From Mytilus edulis (taxonomy: Eukaryota): DNA of 64,000 nucleotides. The notes under the pieces were generated by a model. It did no database searches, was not told the DNA's origin, and saw only the letters and a list, made by a program, of their open reading frames with translations. Shown one piece after another: positions 1 through 11,812 of this stretch. The stretch's first letter is position 1. Each line of letters begins with the position of its first letter. The stretch is from assembly GCF_963676685.1 (NCBI RefSeq), contig NC_092348.1, positions 92,876,001-92,940,000 on the forward strand, given 5' to 3'. The position numbers and the translations under genes were made by a program.

Positions 1-2184
1 AATTTGACGTCATATTCTCATATCGACGTCAAATATATGGATTCTCTAATAGCATCATATATTACTAAAACGAAGTCCGATTGATATTTGTTCTTTGTAA
101 TCGATTTCTTTTATCAATAAATAACAAATTACTGCATGTAATGTATACATGCAAATAGAAAAGAAATATATACAAGCATAAGACTTTAATTGATTTTGGA
201 ACATTGAAATGTGGAATAAAAGTTAAATTTTTATCTGTTTTGAATGTCAATTTACAAACAGCTAAAGATATAGAGGAAAAGGTAACAGATTTATAAATAT
301 TATTTGCAGAATGTTGATTTATATCCGACGCAGCATAATTGCGATTAAATTTGATCTTTATTAATATCATCTCTATCGTTTGCTAAAAGGCTTTGTCTAT
401 ATGACTTTTTGTGTTTCATTGTTACATAATTTAGTGATTAAGATAATAACACAATGTCGTCTTTTTAACCTATTATGTCTTTTTGTTCTGTTCACACATT
501 GTTGTCAATATAATAGAATTTAATACGACTGCAAAACAAGTGAGAGGTTTATCTACCTATAAAACCAGGTTTAATCCACAATTTTCTTACTGAGATGATT
601 TCTGCACAAAGTCAATATGACAGTTGGTGTCCATTCGTTGGATGTGTTTTAGCTTTTGACTTTGCATTTGATTAGGGACTTTCCGTTTTGAATTTTTCAG
701 TATTTTTGTGTTCAGTAATTTTACTTTTTGCTGTTTTAAGAAACTGATAGTTTTTCTACATTACGAATCGAAATGACTTAGTAGATGAATTAGAGGGAAC
801 AACAAAGTCAGTAACAATTTTTCCAAAGAATCAACCAAAAACAATATAAAAGGACAAAAACGATATTTCCATAAAAGAATATCACTAATTACATCATATA
901 GGCCAAAAATATCTTGAATATGAAAATATTAAAAAAACGAAGAACTTTATCATGTTTATAGCAAAAATTTAGACTGAGTAACCATAGCTTGATAAAAGAA
1001 ACTAAAACTAAATAAAATCTCAGGAAATGTTGGCTTCTGTCTACTAACCTCATATTATTTTGTAATAAATGATCATAAGAAAACATAGTTTTACTAACCT
1101 CAAAACCGAAGTGCTAACATTTGACGACACAGACTTCGTTTACTGATTTTGTTGTGACTCAAAGATATGATGGCCTTTATATCTATGATCTCTCGTAGAT
1201 AAACTTTACCCAAGACTTCCGCGAAAATTGGAATCCCACAAATTATAACAAATCTACAGTACGATATATAATTTACTTGCAGATTTTCCTCTCTGGCACT
1301 AATTACTTCCTTAATTGCCTTCTTATCTTCCCCTGGTACGTTGATAGATATGTGAACATTTCGTGACCCAACGATTGTTTTTTTTTATATATTATCTGGT
1401 TATCAGTTTTAACGTAAAAATACATCAATCAACTAATCTATAATTGATAAGTTTCAAGTAACGTAATATTGATCAAATACATCTACACACAAAACTATTG
1501 TGGTTATGTAAATATCAGGTAGTTTGTCTCCTCATTTTACACCTTCCGGACAAAAGACACCTCTCATAATGCTGAAAAATTATCCATCCAACAGAGCGTG
1601 TCTATCATGTCTATGTTTAAAATTTTAAATATCCTATAGCTTTTCATACTCGGGTTATCTTCTTCTTACATGTACTTTTTCCAATTTTCACCTTGCAACA
1701 GTGATAACCTTGTTTTGTTCGTTCAAGAAACAATAATTTATCAAAAATACCAGGTTTATAAGTCTACAAAAATTTCTCCAGTGAGTCTCGAATCTTAATA
1801 AATAGAAGGTCTAAATAAATGAAACTGTTTACACTAAACACTGAAAAATCCCAACAACTACAAATAATGCTTCATGCAAGTATGCTTAAGTAATTGATAG
1901 CTTGATGTAGAAAACAAAAAAACACATGTATTCAGGAGTATTTATGAGGATGAGATAGTTTAGTAAAATTTGATAGATTGAAATATCTGATATTGAATTT
2001 ACCTGTATGTATAGGTTCAACTGTATGGTTACATTTCCTCGAGGAAGTGAACCAAGATTTTCTCTTGTATCAGCAAGTAATCAAGTATACTTTAGTTTCG
2101 GTTCCGAAGGTACAGTTTTTTTGTTACCCGGAATTGTTTTTTTCTCAATCGATTGTTTCAGATAAGGGTGAAGGTTGATACCTA

Positions 2185-2560
2185 TCAAAACATTTAACAA
2201 GAGATATTTATGTATTACTGACAAAATATTACACCAGGGTTTTCGATATCACAAACTAGTAAAAAAATTTACTAAAACATTTACTAAATTTTATCACCGG
2301 TATAAGGACATCATTCGTAAATATAGCTCAACATGCAGACTTCTTTTACGTTCCGGTATTTCACATACAATTTTTTTTATGGAAAGGTTCTTTATAAAGC
2401 ACAAAAATGTCAGTATTCACCTCAGAAGCTAACACAACCTTTAAATAGACGTATTAAGAAGGGATATAGTTACGATACTGTTCATGTCATAAAAGATTTC
2501 ATATTTTGGCGTTAATGTTGATTCACTTATAGGGTCTTTGCATCGGAACTAAACACATTT
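2185..2560 (+). mobile_element. Decayed 3' end of a Penelope-like retroelement ORF (Naiad-like)
   Basis: Frameshifted translation LCITDKILHQGFRYHKLVKKFTKTFTKFYHRYKDIIRKYSSTCR...GISH / FYGKVLYKAQK...LTQPLNRRIKKGYSYDTV resembles the C-terminal (thumb) region of invertebrate Penelope-like RTs. It is followed by a SECIS-like hairpin. Confidence 0.6.
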
Positions 2561-2608
2561 GTTTAAAAAACAGTTGTTGGCATGACACGGGTTATGTTCT
2601 TTACATAC

Positions 2609-2673
2609 ATGTATATGTTATGATCGTATGATACTAAACCCTTAACGGGAAGGATTGTGCCTGATATTCACAT
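2609..2673 (+). promoter_or_regulatory. SECIS-like (type II) hairpin in the 3' region of the Penelope-like remnant
   Basis: ATGA(2620-2623)-T-CGTATGATACT-AAA-CCC TTAAC GGG-A-AGGATTGTGCC-TGAT(2662-2665). This gives an AUGA/UGA kink-turn core, an 11-bp upper stem with G-U pairs and two mismatches, an unpaired AAA and an apical mini-stem. Confidence 0.6.
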
Positions 2674-4926
2674 GATGAAGACATAATCTTTCAATCGGTT
2701 TAATTGAGGTCTGGAGTTGGCATGTCAGGAAACTGCTAGTAGTCTGTTGTTATTTATGTATTATTGTTATTTTGTTTATTTTCTTTGGTCACATCTCCTG
2801 ACATCAGACTCGAACTTCTCTTGAACTGAATTCTAATGAGCGTATTGTTATGCGTTTACTTTTCTACATTGGCTAGAGGTATAGGGGAGGGTTGAGATCT
2901 CATAAACATGTTTAACTCTGCCGCATTTTTGCGCCTATCCCAAGTCAGGAGCCTCTGGCCTTTGTTAGTCTTGTATTATTTTTAATTTTAGTTTCCTTTG
3001 TATGGAGTTTAGTATGGCGTTCATTATCACTGAACTTGTATATATATATATGTGTAGGGGCCAGCTGAAGGACGCCTCCGTGTGCGGGAATTTCTCGCAG
3101 CATTGAAGACCTGTTGGTGACCTTCTGTTGTTGTCTGCTCTATGGTCGGGTTGTTGTCTCTTTGGCACATTCCACATTTCCATTCTCAATTTTAAACCCG
3201 CTGCATTTGTTTGCACCTGTTTGACTGTCCCTCTGGTATCTTTCGTCCCTCTTTTAAGTAAGGACCCTGATGTTCAGTGTCGTTTGTTGATGTGGTTCAT
3301 AAATGTTACTCGTTTCTCTTCTTTTATATAGATTAGACTGTTGGTTTTCCCGTTTAAAAGGTTTAACACTAGCAATTTGTGGGGCCATCTACCTATAATC
3401 TTCTATTTGGTGTGCCCCTGAGACTATAGTAGTCTCAGTATGGCTCTGTGTTAAAGACTGTACTTTGACCTATAATTGTTTCCTTAACAATTGTGATTTA
3501 TATGGAGAGTTGTCTCATTGGTACTCATACCCCATCTACTTATATCTATATATTACTTTTAAGTTGTATTGAGCGAAGCAGTCTACAGTTTTTTAGAAAG
3601 CTCAAATTGACTATTCGATTGTTTTCGTTATTTTTGCCTGCATGCTAAGGGAACTAACTCCAAATAATTTACAGGTATGTTTTCTTTATATACATTCGTA
3701 TAAAGGAAATTATTATGTAAAAACCAATCCTGAAATATTTATAAAAAGATCAAGTGATAAGTTTAACCAAGCAAAAATTCATCGTTACCATCTTTATCAA
3801 ATAAAGGTTATTCTTTTGGCACATTTGGCACATTTGCACTACATGTATTTGCTATATCCGTCTACATGGTCTAATAGCCTTGAGGCTTGTTTTTATTCAG
3901 GTCCCTTGAATGACGTTTATTGTAATGACGGAAGTGCATAACTGGGCATGTTTATATAAGGGTTTCCAGTGATATGTGCCATATGCGAACTAAACAATGC
4001 TGTTGCGACTTCAGATGCCCATATTTTCTATCTACAATATTCGTTTTTGTTTTGGTAGCCATTATTGGTAATCTTACTTCCTGGTCCTATTTTGGTCTGA
4101 GCAAGGTAAGTAAACGACAACTTACATTTTTTTTAAAAACACAACATATAAATCAATGGTTCAGCGAGTGTGCGTGTACTATACTTGATGTATTGACAAC
4201 ATATTTCAATGGTACAGCTGCTACCAGATATAATTATATATATATGTATTTGCTATTATTTACCTAACATTTTTGTCACAGTTTTTTTAATTAAATGTCG
4301 GTGACGTATTAAGCAGGACAACATTATATTTTCAGTTTTTTTAGCAAGCTCAATTACATATTGTCAAATCAATAAGATGGGTTCTGAAAAGGGAGTCGAA
4401 GGGATGCATTGCGGAGAGAAATTTTACCTCTCACTATTTCAAAGAGACAATAAACTACCCTTAATATATATGACAACTTAAAATTGGGAGGCAGCCAACA
4501 TATATTTGTTTAATATAATTTAAACTTTTAAAGTATTAATTGTTACCAAAATATCTCAATGCCTAATGACCTTCGAAGTCGGTAACAATTAGAGATTTAA
4601 ACAATAAAATGACTGTATAAGAAATACTGATTGACTTATTGCAAGGTTTGTGGGTTTTTTTTTTTAATAGCAGCCAGTATCACACGAATATCCATTTTGT
4701 CTGACTGAAATATTTACAACAAAAACAAAAAAGTATTTGACAACATACCTTGTATTGATCTTTTATGAAGAGTAAATGCACATTTTCATGCAAAGGCGAA
4801 TAATAGATAATACCGCTCTCTCCTAAAACGCTTATAACCAATATTTGTTGCGTATTTAGAAATAAAAAAAAAAGTAGTTTGTTTGTAGTATTCTTATTCC
4901 ATTTACAGGTATCCAGCAATAACGAT

Positions 4927-7009
4927 ATGACCAGTGACATTAAAGAGCAGTCTTCAGAGGAACAGCTTGAAAGATGGATGGAACACCTACCATCTGTTGT
5001 TACAAATCAAACTCAACTTAAAGATCTTCTAATTCCTGGTAAATACATAAGAATAGTGTGTAAATAAAACGAAAAAACAGTATTTTATGTTATCATGATG
5101 TCGATAAATGCTTGTGAGTGATAATGTTGATAAATGTGGAATCTCAGCTTAAAACATTCAGGACCCGGTTGGTTACACAACTCCGTAATTATTCCCCCGC
5201 TTTAAAAAAAAATTATGGGGTTTCCTGTTTTATCTCTAACATATCTATCATCAGTGAGCAGTAGCTCGCAGTTTCACTTATCATTTACATATTCAATTTT
5301 TTTTTTAACATTCCCGTTTAAGTTATATCAATGCAGAAACATGTTTCAAATACACTGCATGTATATGTTAGGCATATTTTACATTATTAAGTTTTCTCAT
5401 ATCTGTCTATTCTTCCGTAAGCGTATGCTATTTTTATGCATTGATAATTTCTGTACCTTCATTTTGTTAAGCATAGCTTAGTCAAACTATATGTTGTCGA
5501 AGATACTATATATGTATATATATATATGAGAACCAAAAATTTGCGAAAGCAAATTTACAGATCTAACATTGTTGGGTTGATGTTTAGACGAGTTATATAT
5601 AACTCGTCTAAACATCAACCCAACAATGTTAGATCTGTAAATTTGCTTTCGCAAATTTTTGGTTCTTCCCTCGCCGGGATTCGAACCCATGCTACTGTGA
5701 TATCGTGACACCAAATCGCCTGCACTGCAGCCGTCCCGCTAGACCACACGACCACCTGGGCTCTCAAAAAAAGAGCTTTCGGTGGGCATGTGTTACCTTT
5801 CCACGTCAGTTTTAATCTAGCGGCGTACTACAGTACATGATATATAAGGCATGAAGATGTTATTGTTACAGATCAGCTAAATTATCTATAGTAAAGGATC
5901 CTACAAATTAATGTAAGATACAGTCACAGAAAATAATTATATTCATAAGTACGTCTGAGTCAGTGACAACCCTACAACAGATGTATCCATCGGATCGCCA
6001 TCAATGATGGTGATACATGGCTGTGTACATAATGTATATACAACTCGTCTAAACATCAACCCAACAATGTTAGATCTGTAAATTTGCTTTCGCAAATTTT
6101 TGGTTCTTCCCTCGCCGGGATTCGAACCCATGCTACTGTGATATCGTGACACCAAATCGCCTGCACTGCAGCCGTCCCGCTAGACCACACGACCACCTGG
6201 GCTCTCAAAAAAAGAGCTTTTGGTGGGCATGTGTTACCTTTCCACGTCAGTTTTAATCTAGCGGCGTACTACAGTACATGATATATAAGGCATGAAGATG
6301 TTATTGTTACAGATCAGCTAAATTATCTATAGTAAAGGATCCTACAAATTAATGTAAGATACAGTCACAGAAAATAATTATATTCATAAGTACGTCTGAG
6401 TCAGTGACAACCCTACAACAGATGTATCCATCGGATCGCCATCAATGATGGTGATACATGGCTGTGTACATAATGTATACACAACTCGTCTAAACATCAA
6501 CCCAACAATGTTAGATCTGTAAATTTGCTTTCGCAAATTTTTGGTTCTTCCCTCGCCGGGATTCGAACCCATACTACTGTGATATCGTGACACCAAATCG
6601 CCTGCACTGCAGCCGTCCCGCTAGACCACACGACCACCTGGGCTCTCAAAAAAAGAGCTTTCGGTGGGCATGTGTTACCTTTCCACGTCAGTTTTAATCT
6701 AGCGGCGTACTACAGTACATGATATATAAGGCATGAAGATGTTATTGTTACAGATCAGCTAAATTATCTATAGTAAAGGATCCTACAAATTAATGTAAGA
6801 TACAGTCACAGAAAATAATTATATTCATAAGTACGTCTGAGTCAGTGACAACCCTACAACAGATGTATCCATCGGATCGCCATCAATGATGGTGATACAT
6901 GGCTGTGTACATAATGTATATACAACTCGTCTAAACATCAACCCAACAATGTTAGATCTGTAAATTTGCTTTCGCAAATTTTTGGTTCTTCCCTCGCCGG
7001 GATTCGAAC

Positions 7010-7065
<56 letters not shown>

Positions 7066-8535
7066 AATAAAGTGCGAATGTGAATTGGGACTGTGTTAAA
7101 GAGACAAAAACCCAATCAAAGAGCAGAAAACAGCTAAGGGCCATCAATGGGTCTTAAACACTATGTGGAAACCACTTCGTGCAGACTTCTTGGATCCCCC
7201 AGGATAACATCTACTAGTATACCAAATAATAAATCATTATTGAAGGCACTGATTATTTAAATCCTGTAAGTTCAGTTTTCGTCAGAAAAAACTGTAAGTT
7301 TTTGAAGTTTAGAATTGCATCATTGATGTGAGCGCACTTACAGCTGTCAATGAATCTATAACAACCCCGAGTGACAACCCCAGAAATATATCACATCATC
7401 CCTACATCAGAAACCAGTTCTATTTTTAAATTTTGTTTTTTGTAAAGTCAAATATTCAATCTCTACCAACCAGCTGGTAAGAATAAGACAGACGCAAAAA
7501 AAACCAACCCCAAAAACCACCAATGCATACAATTTAATACCGTTTTTAAAAAGGGTCCCCTCATAAACATGACCTAATTTGTATTTTACTCTTATTGAAA
7601 CAAACAAAGGATACCAGTTGTCCAGAAAAGTCAAATATTTTTTATGTTGATTTGATTTTTTTTCTACATTTTTTTTTTACATTTCATTGGTAGGTTCTCA
7701 TGATTCTGCAACTTTTGACCTTGACCCTGCAGGTGGAAAAGCAGAGGACTTTTCATCCTACATAAAAATGGCGGATGAAAAGATTGAAAGATGGTTTAAA
7801 ACACAAAACCTTGATTTTACGGAACAATTGAAGATTGGCGTTCGATACTTTGACCTGCGGATTATCAAACACCCTGAGACGGGTGATATTCGTTTTGTCC
7901 ATGGACTGTTCAGTCGTAAAACCGTCATAGAGTACCTGAAAGATATTCGGAAATTTCTCGATGAAAATAAGAAAGAAGTAGTTCTGTTGGACTTTAACCA
8001 TGTTTACAATATGGGTAAACACGATCATATATCTCTTTGTACGGAAATGGAAAGCACTTTCAATGGCATGATGCTAAATAGGAAGAAATGTTTAGATAAT
8101 GATATGCTCCTGAGTAAAATGACACTATCAAAATTGTGGGAATTAAATGGACGAGTTGTAGTGATGTATGTTAGGAAATGTCCAAACAACGAGTATATCT
8201 GGTCTCGGAACGAAATAGATATATTATGGCCGTATACACCTAATAATGAATTAGTTGTGAAAAATCTTCTGGATCAGTACAAAGGTCTTTACAAAAAGGA
8301 TATTATGGTCGTATGGCATGGAATATTAACGCCACACAGTGATGACAACTTTTCAGATAGAATAGAACGTTTTAAAGATCTCCATGAATTTGTCACACCA
8401 ACAACAGAGGTTATTGTGGACTGGATTAAATCTCTTGCAGATGTTCCTTTCAACATCTGCTGTGCAGATTTCGTGGAAGAACACGATTTTGTCAAAACAG
8501 TTATAAATGCAAACATTATACCGGCGATTGTTTAA
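4927..8535 (+). CDS. PLCXD: PI-PLC X domain-containing protein (PLCXD-like), 2 coding exons, 317 aa
   Basis: Exon 4927-5038 (MTSDIKEQ...WMEHLP...LKDLLIP G|gt) splices to 7694-8535 (ag|GT TCT CAT GAT TCT), giving IPGSHDS. Downstream motifs: WFKTQ, EQLKIGVRYFDLR, FVHGL, FLDENKKEVVLLDFNH, NICCADFV. Both putative catalytic His residues are present. Acceptor at 4907-4908; a possible upstream non-coding exon donor lies at 4106. Confidence 0.92.
5529..5666. repeat. Perfect 138-bp palindrome (inverted partial copy of the 441-bp unit end)
   Basis: 5529-5597 is the exact reverse complement of 5598-5666, centred on GTTATATATAAC. Confidence 0.95.
5601..7011 (-). repeat. Tandem array of about 3.2 near-identical 441-bp units, each with a tRNA-derived head
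   Basis: Units start at about 5601, 6042, 6483 and 6924 (last one partial) and differ by only a few substitutions. On the minus strand each full unit has box A TGGTCGTGTGG and box B GGTTCGAATCC. The array is flanked by (TA)n at about 5507-5527 and 7012-7062. Confidence 0.95.
5667..5761 (-). pseudogene. tRNA-like (Leu/Ser-type D-loop) SINE head; further copies at 6108-6202 and 6549-6643
   Basis: Minus strand GCCCAGGTGGTCGTGTGGTCTAGCG...ATGGGTTCGAATCCCGGCGAGGGA. A and B boxes are intact but the acceptor stem pairs poorly, so this is not a functional tRNA. Confidence 0.6.
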
Positions 8536-9039
8536 AGTATCGGTATTTTTTTTTCACCCCGCCGTGGTTATAACATTATATACAAATGGGAAATTGACTG
8601 TCCCTCTGGTATCTTTCGTCCCTCTTTTAGTTCTTTAAAGATCAAACTGACCATTATTAAACCTGGTTTTATATCTAGCAAAACCTCTCATTTGTATAAC
8701 AATCTTTCGAGTGTCTGGATAAGAAAGATAGATAAAGGCAACAGTAGTATACCGCTGTTCAAAAATATAAATGGATTGAGAGAGAAAAAAACAAATCCAG
8801 GTTACAAACTAAAACCGAGGGAAACACATCAACGAAACAATAGAAATACTAAAGTGCAATAAAAACAAACGACAATTCAACATACATAGAAACGAACTAT
8901 TAGATAATAACTGGAGCATATTCCTGACTTGGTACAGGACATTTTTAGCAAAACAAATGGTAGGTTGAACCTGATTTTCGGGTCAGCCAAACATCGCGCT
9001 TAAAATTCCAAAGATTTTTTTTAGAGTACATATAATCTA

Positions 9040-10190
9040 AGACTTTCATCTTGCAGAAGTATTAAAACGTTTGACTTTTCTACACTTTACACAGGTATTC
9101 CTCATTCCAAACAAAAGACGGATTGAAAAGGTTGGTATTGCTTTGTTTCATAAAAAACAATGACCAACGTAGATACAAGTATCTTGTCTTAGGGAAGGAT
9201 AAATCCTACTTTGTAAAGAATCACTCTGATTCGAACAAAAAAACCATATTTGTTACGTTTAGAGGACGTGTTTTTCGACAAACTGTCGGCATTCCAATGG
9301 GAATCAATTGTGTCTTCTTTCCGACTTGTTCTTTCATTATTATGAGACTGACCTCATACAGTAACTTCGAAGGAAGAAAGATAAGAAGTAAGTAATATCC
9401 TTTAACTTTACTTTCCGCTATATAGATGATGTTCTCTTACTTAACAATTCAAAATTTGGTGATTATGTTGAACGCATCTATCCCATCGAACTAGAGATAA
9501 AGGATACAACAGATAAGTCATATCTTGACTTACATCGAAATTGACAATAAGGGTCAATGGAAAACAAAACTTTATGACAACAGAGATGATATTAGCTTCC
9601 CAACTGTTAACTTTCCACTTCTATGTAGCAACATGCCAGCAGCGTCTGCATACGGAATATATATCTCCTAATTGATACGATATACCCGGGATTGTATTTC
9701 CTATCATGATTTCCTTGATAAAGGATTGCTGATAACAAGGAAGCTTTTAGACCAAGAGTTCCAAATGGTGAAGTTGAAATCATCCCTTCGTAAATTTTAC
9801 GGACGCCATTGCGAGTTGGTTCACTGTTATGGAGTAAATGTTTCACAGATGATATCGTATATGTTCCTTTTGTTGTAACTACAATCTCCTTCCCTTTTCA
9901 CAAATGTGACCGACCGAATCAGACTATTTACCGGGTTTGTAATAATACGAGAGCATCACGACGGGTACCACATATAGAGCAGGATCTGCTGACCCTTCCG
10001 GAGCACCTGATATCTCCCCCAGTTTTTGATGGGGTCCGTGTTGCTTAGTCTTTAGTTATTTTATGTTGTGTCTTGTGTACTACTAGTATTATTTGTCTGT
10101 TCGTCTTTTTTCATTTTTAGACATGGCGTTGTCAGTTTATTTTTGATCTATGAGTTTGACTGTTCCTCGGATATCTTTCCTCCTCTTTAA
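9040..10190 (+). mobile_element. Decayed Penelope-like reverse transcriptase fragment plus its 3' tail
   Basis: Frameshifted motifs SIKTFDFSTLYTGIPH (about 9058), VFRQTVGIPMG (about 9270), FRYIDDV (about 9413), KLYDNRDDISFPTVNFP (about 9567) and KLKSSLRKFYGRH. The tail repeat GCAGGATCTGCTGACCCTTCCGGAGCACCTG recurs near 13270, 27905 and 34445. Confidence 0.8.
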
Positions 10191-10261
10191 AAGCAATGTT
10201 AAATATACCGCTAAATTGGAACTCATTAATATAACCAATCTTGAAAGCAACTATCTAAAAT

Positions 10262-10327
10262 TGTGTAAATAGTTATGAAAGGTACCATGCTTAAAAATTA
10301 ATACGCCGAATGCGCGTTTCTTCTACA
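10262..10327 (-). mobile_element. Degenerate retrozyme fragment (3' half of the hammerhead plus downstream flank)
   Basis: The reverse complement TGTAGAAGAAACGCGCATTCGGCGTATTAATTTTTAAGCATGGTACCTTTCATAACTA aligns to 63256-63313, with a mutated cleavage region. Confidence 0.7.
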
Positions 10328-10360
10328 ATGTGCCACCTATTTAAGTATCATGATAATTTA

Positions 10361-10443
10361 CAATCTAATTAAAATATTGATCTCTGATTACGTTTAATAC
10401 ATGTAGTATAACGTAATCAGAGATCAATACTTTAATTAGATTG
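10361..10443. mobile_element. 83-bp hairpin MITE with a 9-bp TSD (Mutator-like)
   Basis: Near-perfect inverted repeat CAATCTAATTAAA...TTTAATTAGATTG, flanked by the direct repeat GATAATTTA at 10352-10360 and 10444-10452. Confidence 0.8.
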
Positions 10444-11368
10444 GATAATTTATAAACAATGCCAATTATGCCAATCCCCAGGGAAAATTAAACTGTTCTT
10501 TTACACTTTCTTTTAAAAGTACTTATTTCAAAACATGTAACACAGACATTGGGAAGTACTGATCAACTACTGGTCTTCAGGAAACGATGATAGTCCGTCA
10601 GGCAGAGACGATAAATGGCTGACCCGTGTTAAGAGAGAGACACCCTTGTAGATTTCGAAAAAGGGCAGGCTTATGCCACTACAAGGCATCACTCACACTC
10701 GCAAAGTGGAAAGGGATCAATATAAGTTGCAATAACTTGTTTCCCAATCCACTATAAATAAATATGTTTAAACTATCAACGTCGAGGTTTCAAGTTGTTC
10801 TGATAAACTATATTAATTAAGGGATCATCATATATTCTTTGTTTAGTACATAGTTCTTCTTCAAAATTTCCATTTAAATGCAATTTCCATTTTATTCAAA
10901 TCACAAGAGATTTCGTAAAAAATTTCATATATTTATCAAAATTTTTTATAGATTAAGTATATCAATTTTGAAGCAAAACTTTATATTATGTTCTTCAAAA
11001 TGCAAACATTCTCTTCTTTTTTTTATTTACGGCTATAAATAGTGGTAAATAAACTGTAATATTATATAGTATTTAGCTTCATATCAACTGGTCTTTTGTG
11101 ATTTAATTGAAAAAGTATTATGTTTTTTTTATTGTTCTGTATTCAAGTTTGAAAAAAATAAAACCGTGTTTTGTTTGAAAAAATCTATCTTGGGTTATTA
11201 ATTACAGTGTGTAAAAAACAAAACCGAATATGATACTGTAACTTAAACTTTTGAGTTGTTTGCATGAATGATTTCAGTGAGAAATAATTTACTTTCAAGT
11301 TGGATAAAGTATGAAAATAGGGAATAATCTTAATTCTTGTGTTGAGTGTAATTAAAATGCAATTTGCC

Positions 11369-11812
11369 ATGTCATCAAGGTCTGAAACTGGACAACACAG
11401 AACAGATCAGAATAGATCACGAATGACAATTCAAAAGTCGGATCATGTACAACAAAATACAGACCAGAACAAACCACGATTAAACATTCAAAAATATCAG
11501 GAGGACGTATTTAAAGAATTACAGGAACTTAAATACAGACGAGATGATATAAACAAGGAAATAATTGAATTAAACGAGGAAAAGAAAAATTTGCACGTGG
11601 ATTTAGCTGGAGTTACATCTAAACTATCAAAGTTGAATGAAAGCTTGTTTTCAAAATCTGTCCATATAGGCGAGTTAAACCAGCTAGAGACCGACTACAA
11701 TAGAACATTGAGAAAATTAATTGAAGGTTCGGAACTGTTGCTAAGGAGCATGTCTCGTGCAACTGTTGAAATAGAAAGACTGCATACTGCAAAAACATCC
11801 AAAACCTGTTGA
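11369..11812 (+). CDS. Intronless SSNA1/NA14/DIP13-like coiled-coil protein (147 aa; alternative ATG at 11357)
   Basis: Long open frame in very AT-rich DNA with a gccATG context. IQKYQEDVFKELQELKYRRDDINKEIIELNEEKKNL...VTSKLSKLNESL...KLIEGSELLL aligns by eye, without gaps, to SSNA1 ([22 protein letters not shown]...EEEDEKQRL...LTEKLARVNENL...KILESSQTLL). Confidence 0.7.
   Translation: MSSRSETGQHRTDQNRSRMTIQKSDHVQQNTDQNKPRLNIQKYQEDVFKELQELKYRRDDINKEIIELNEEKKNLHVDLAGVTSKLSKLNESLFSKSVHIGELNQLETDYNRTLRKLIEGSELLLRSMSRATVEIERLHTAKTSKTC

Noticed and set aside
5667-6643. Functional tRNA gene cluster
   Set aside because: The acceptor and anticodon stems do not pair convincingly; only the A and B boxes are tRNA-like.
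5487-7115. Repeated 70-96 aa ORFs (MVSRYHSSMGSNPGEGRTK...)
   Set aside because: They are translations of the tandem repeat and palindrome; GSNPG is simply the tRNA B box read as codons.
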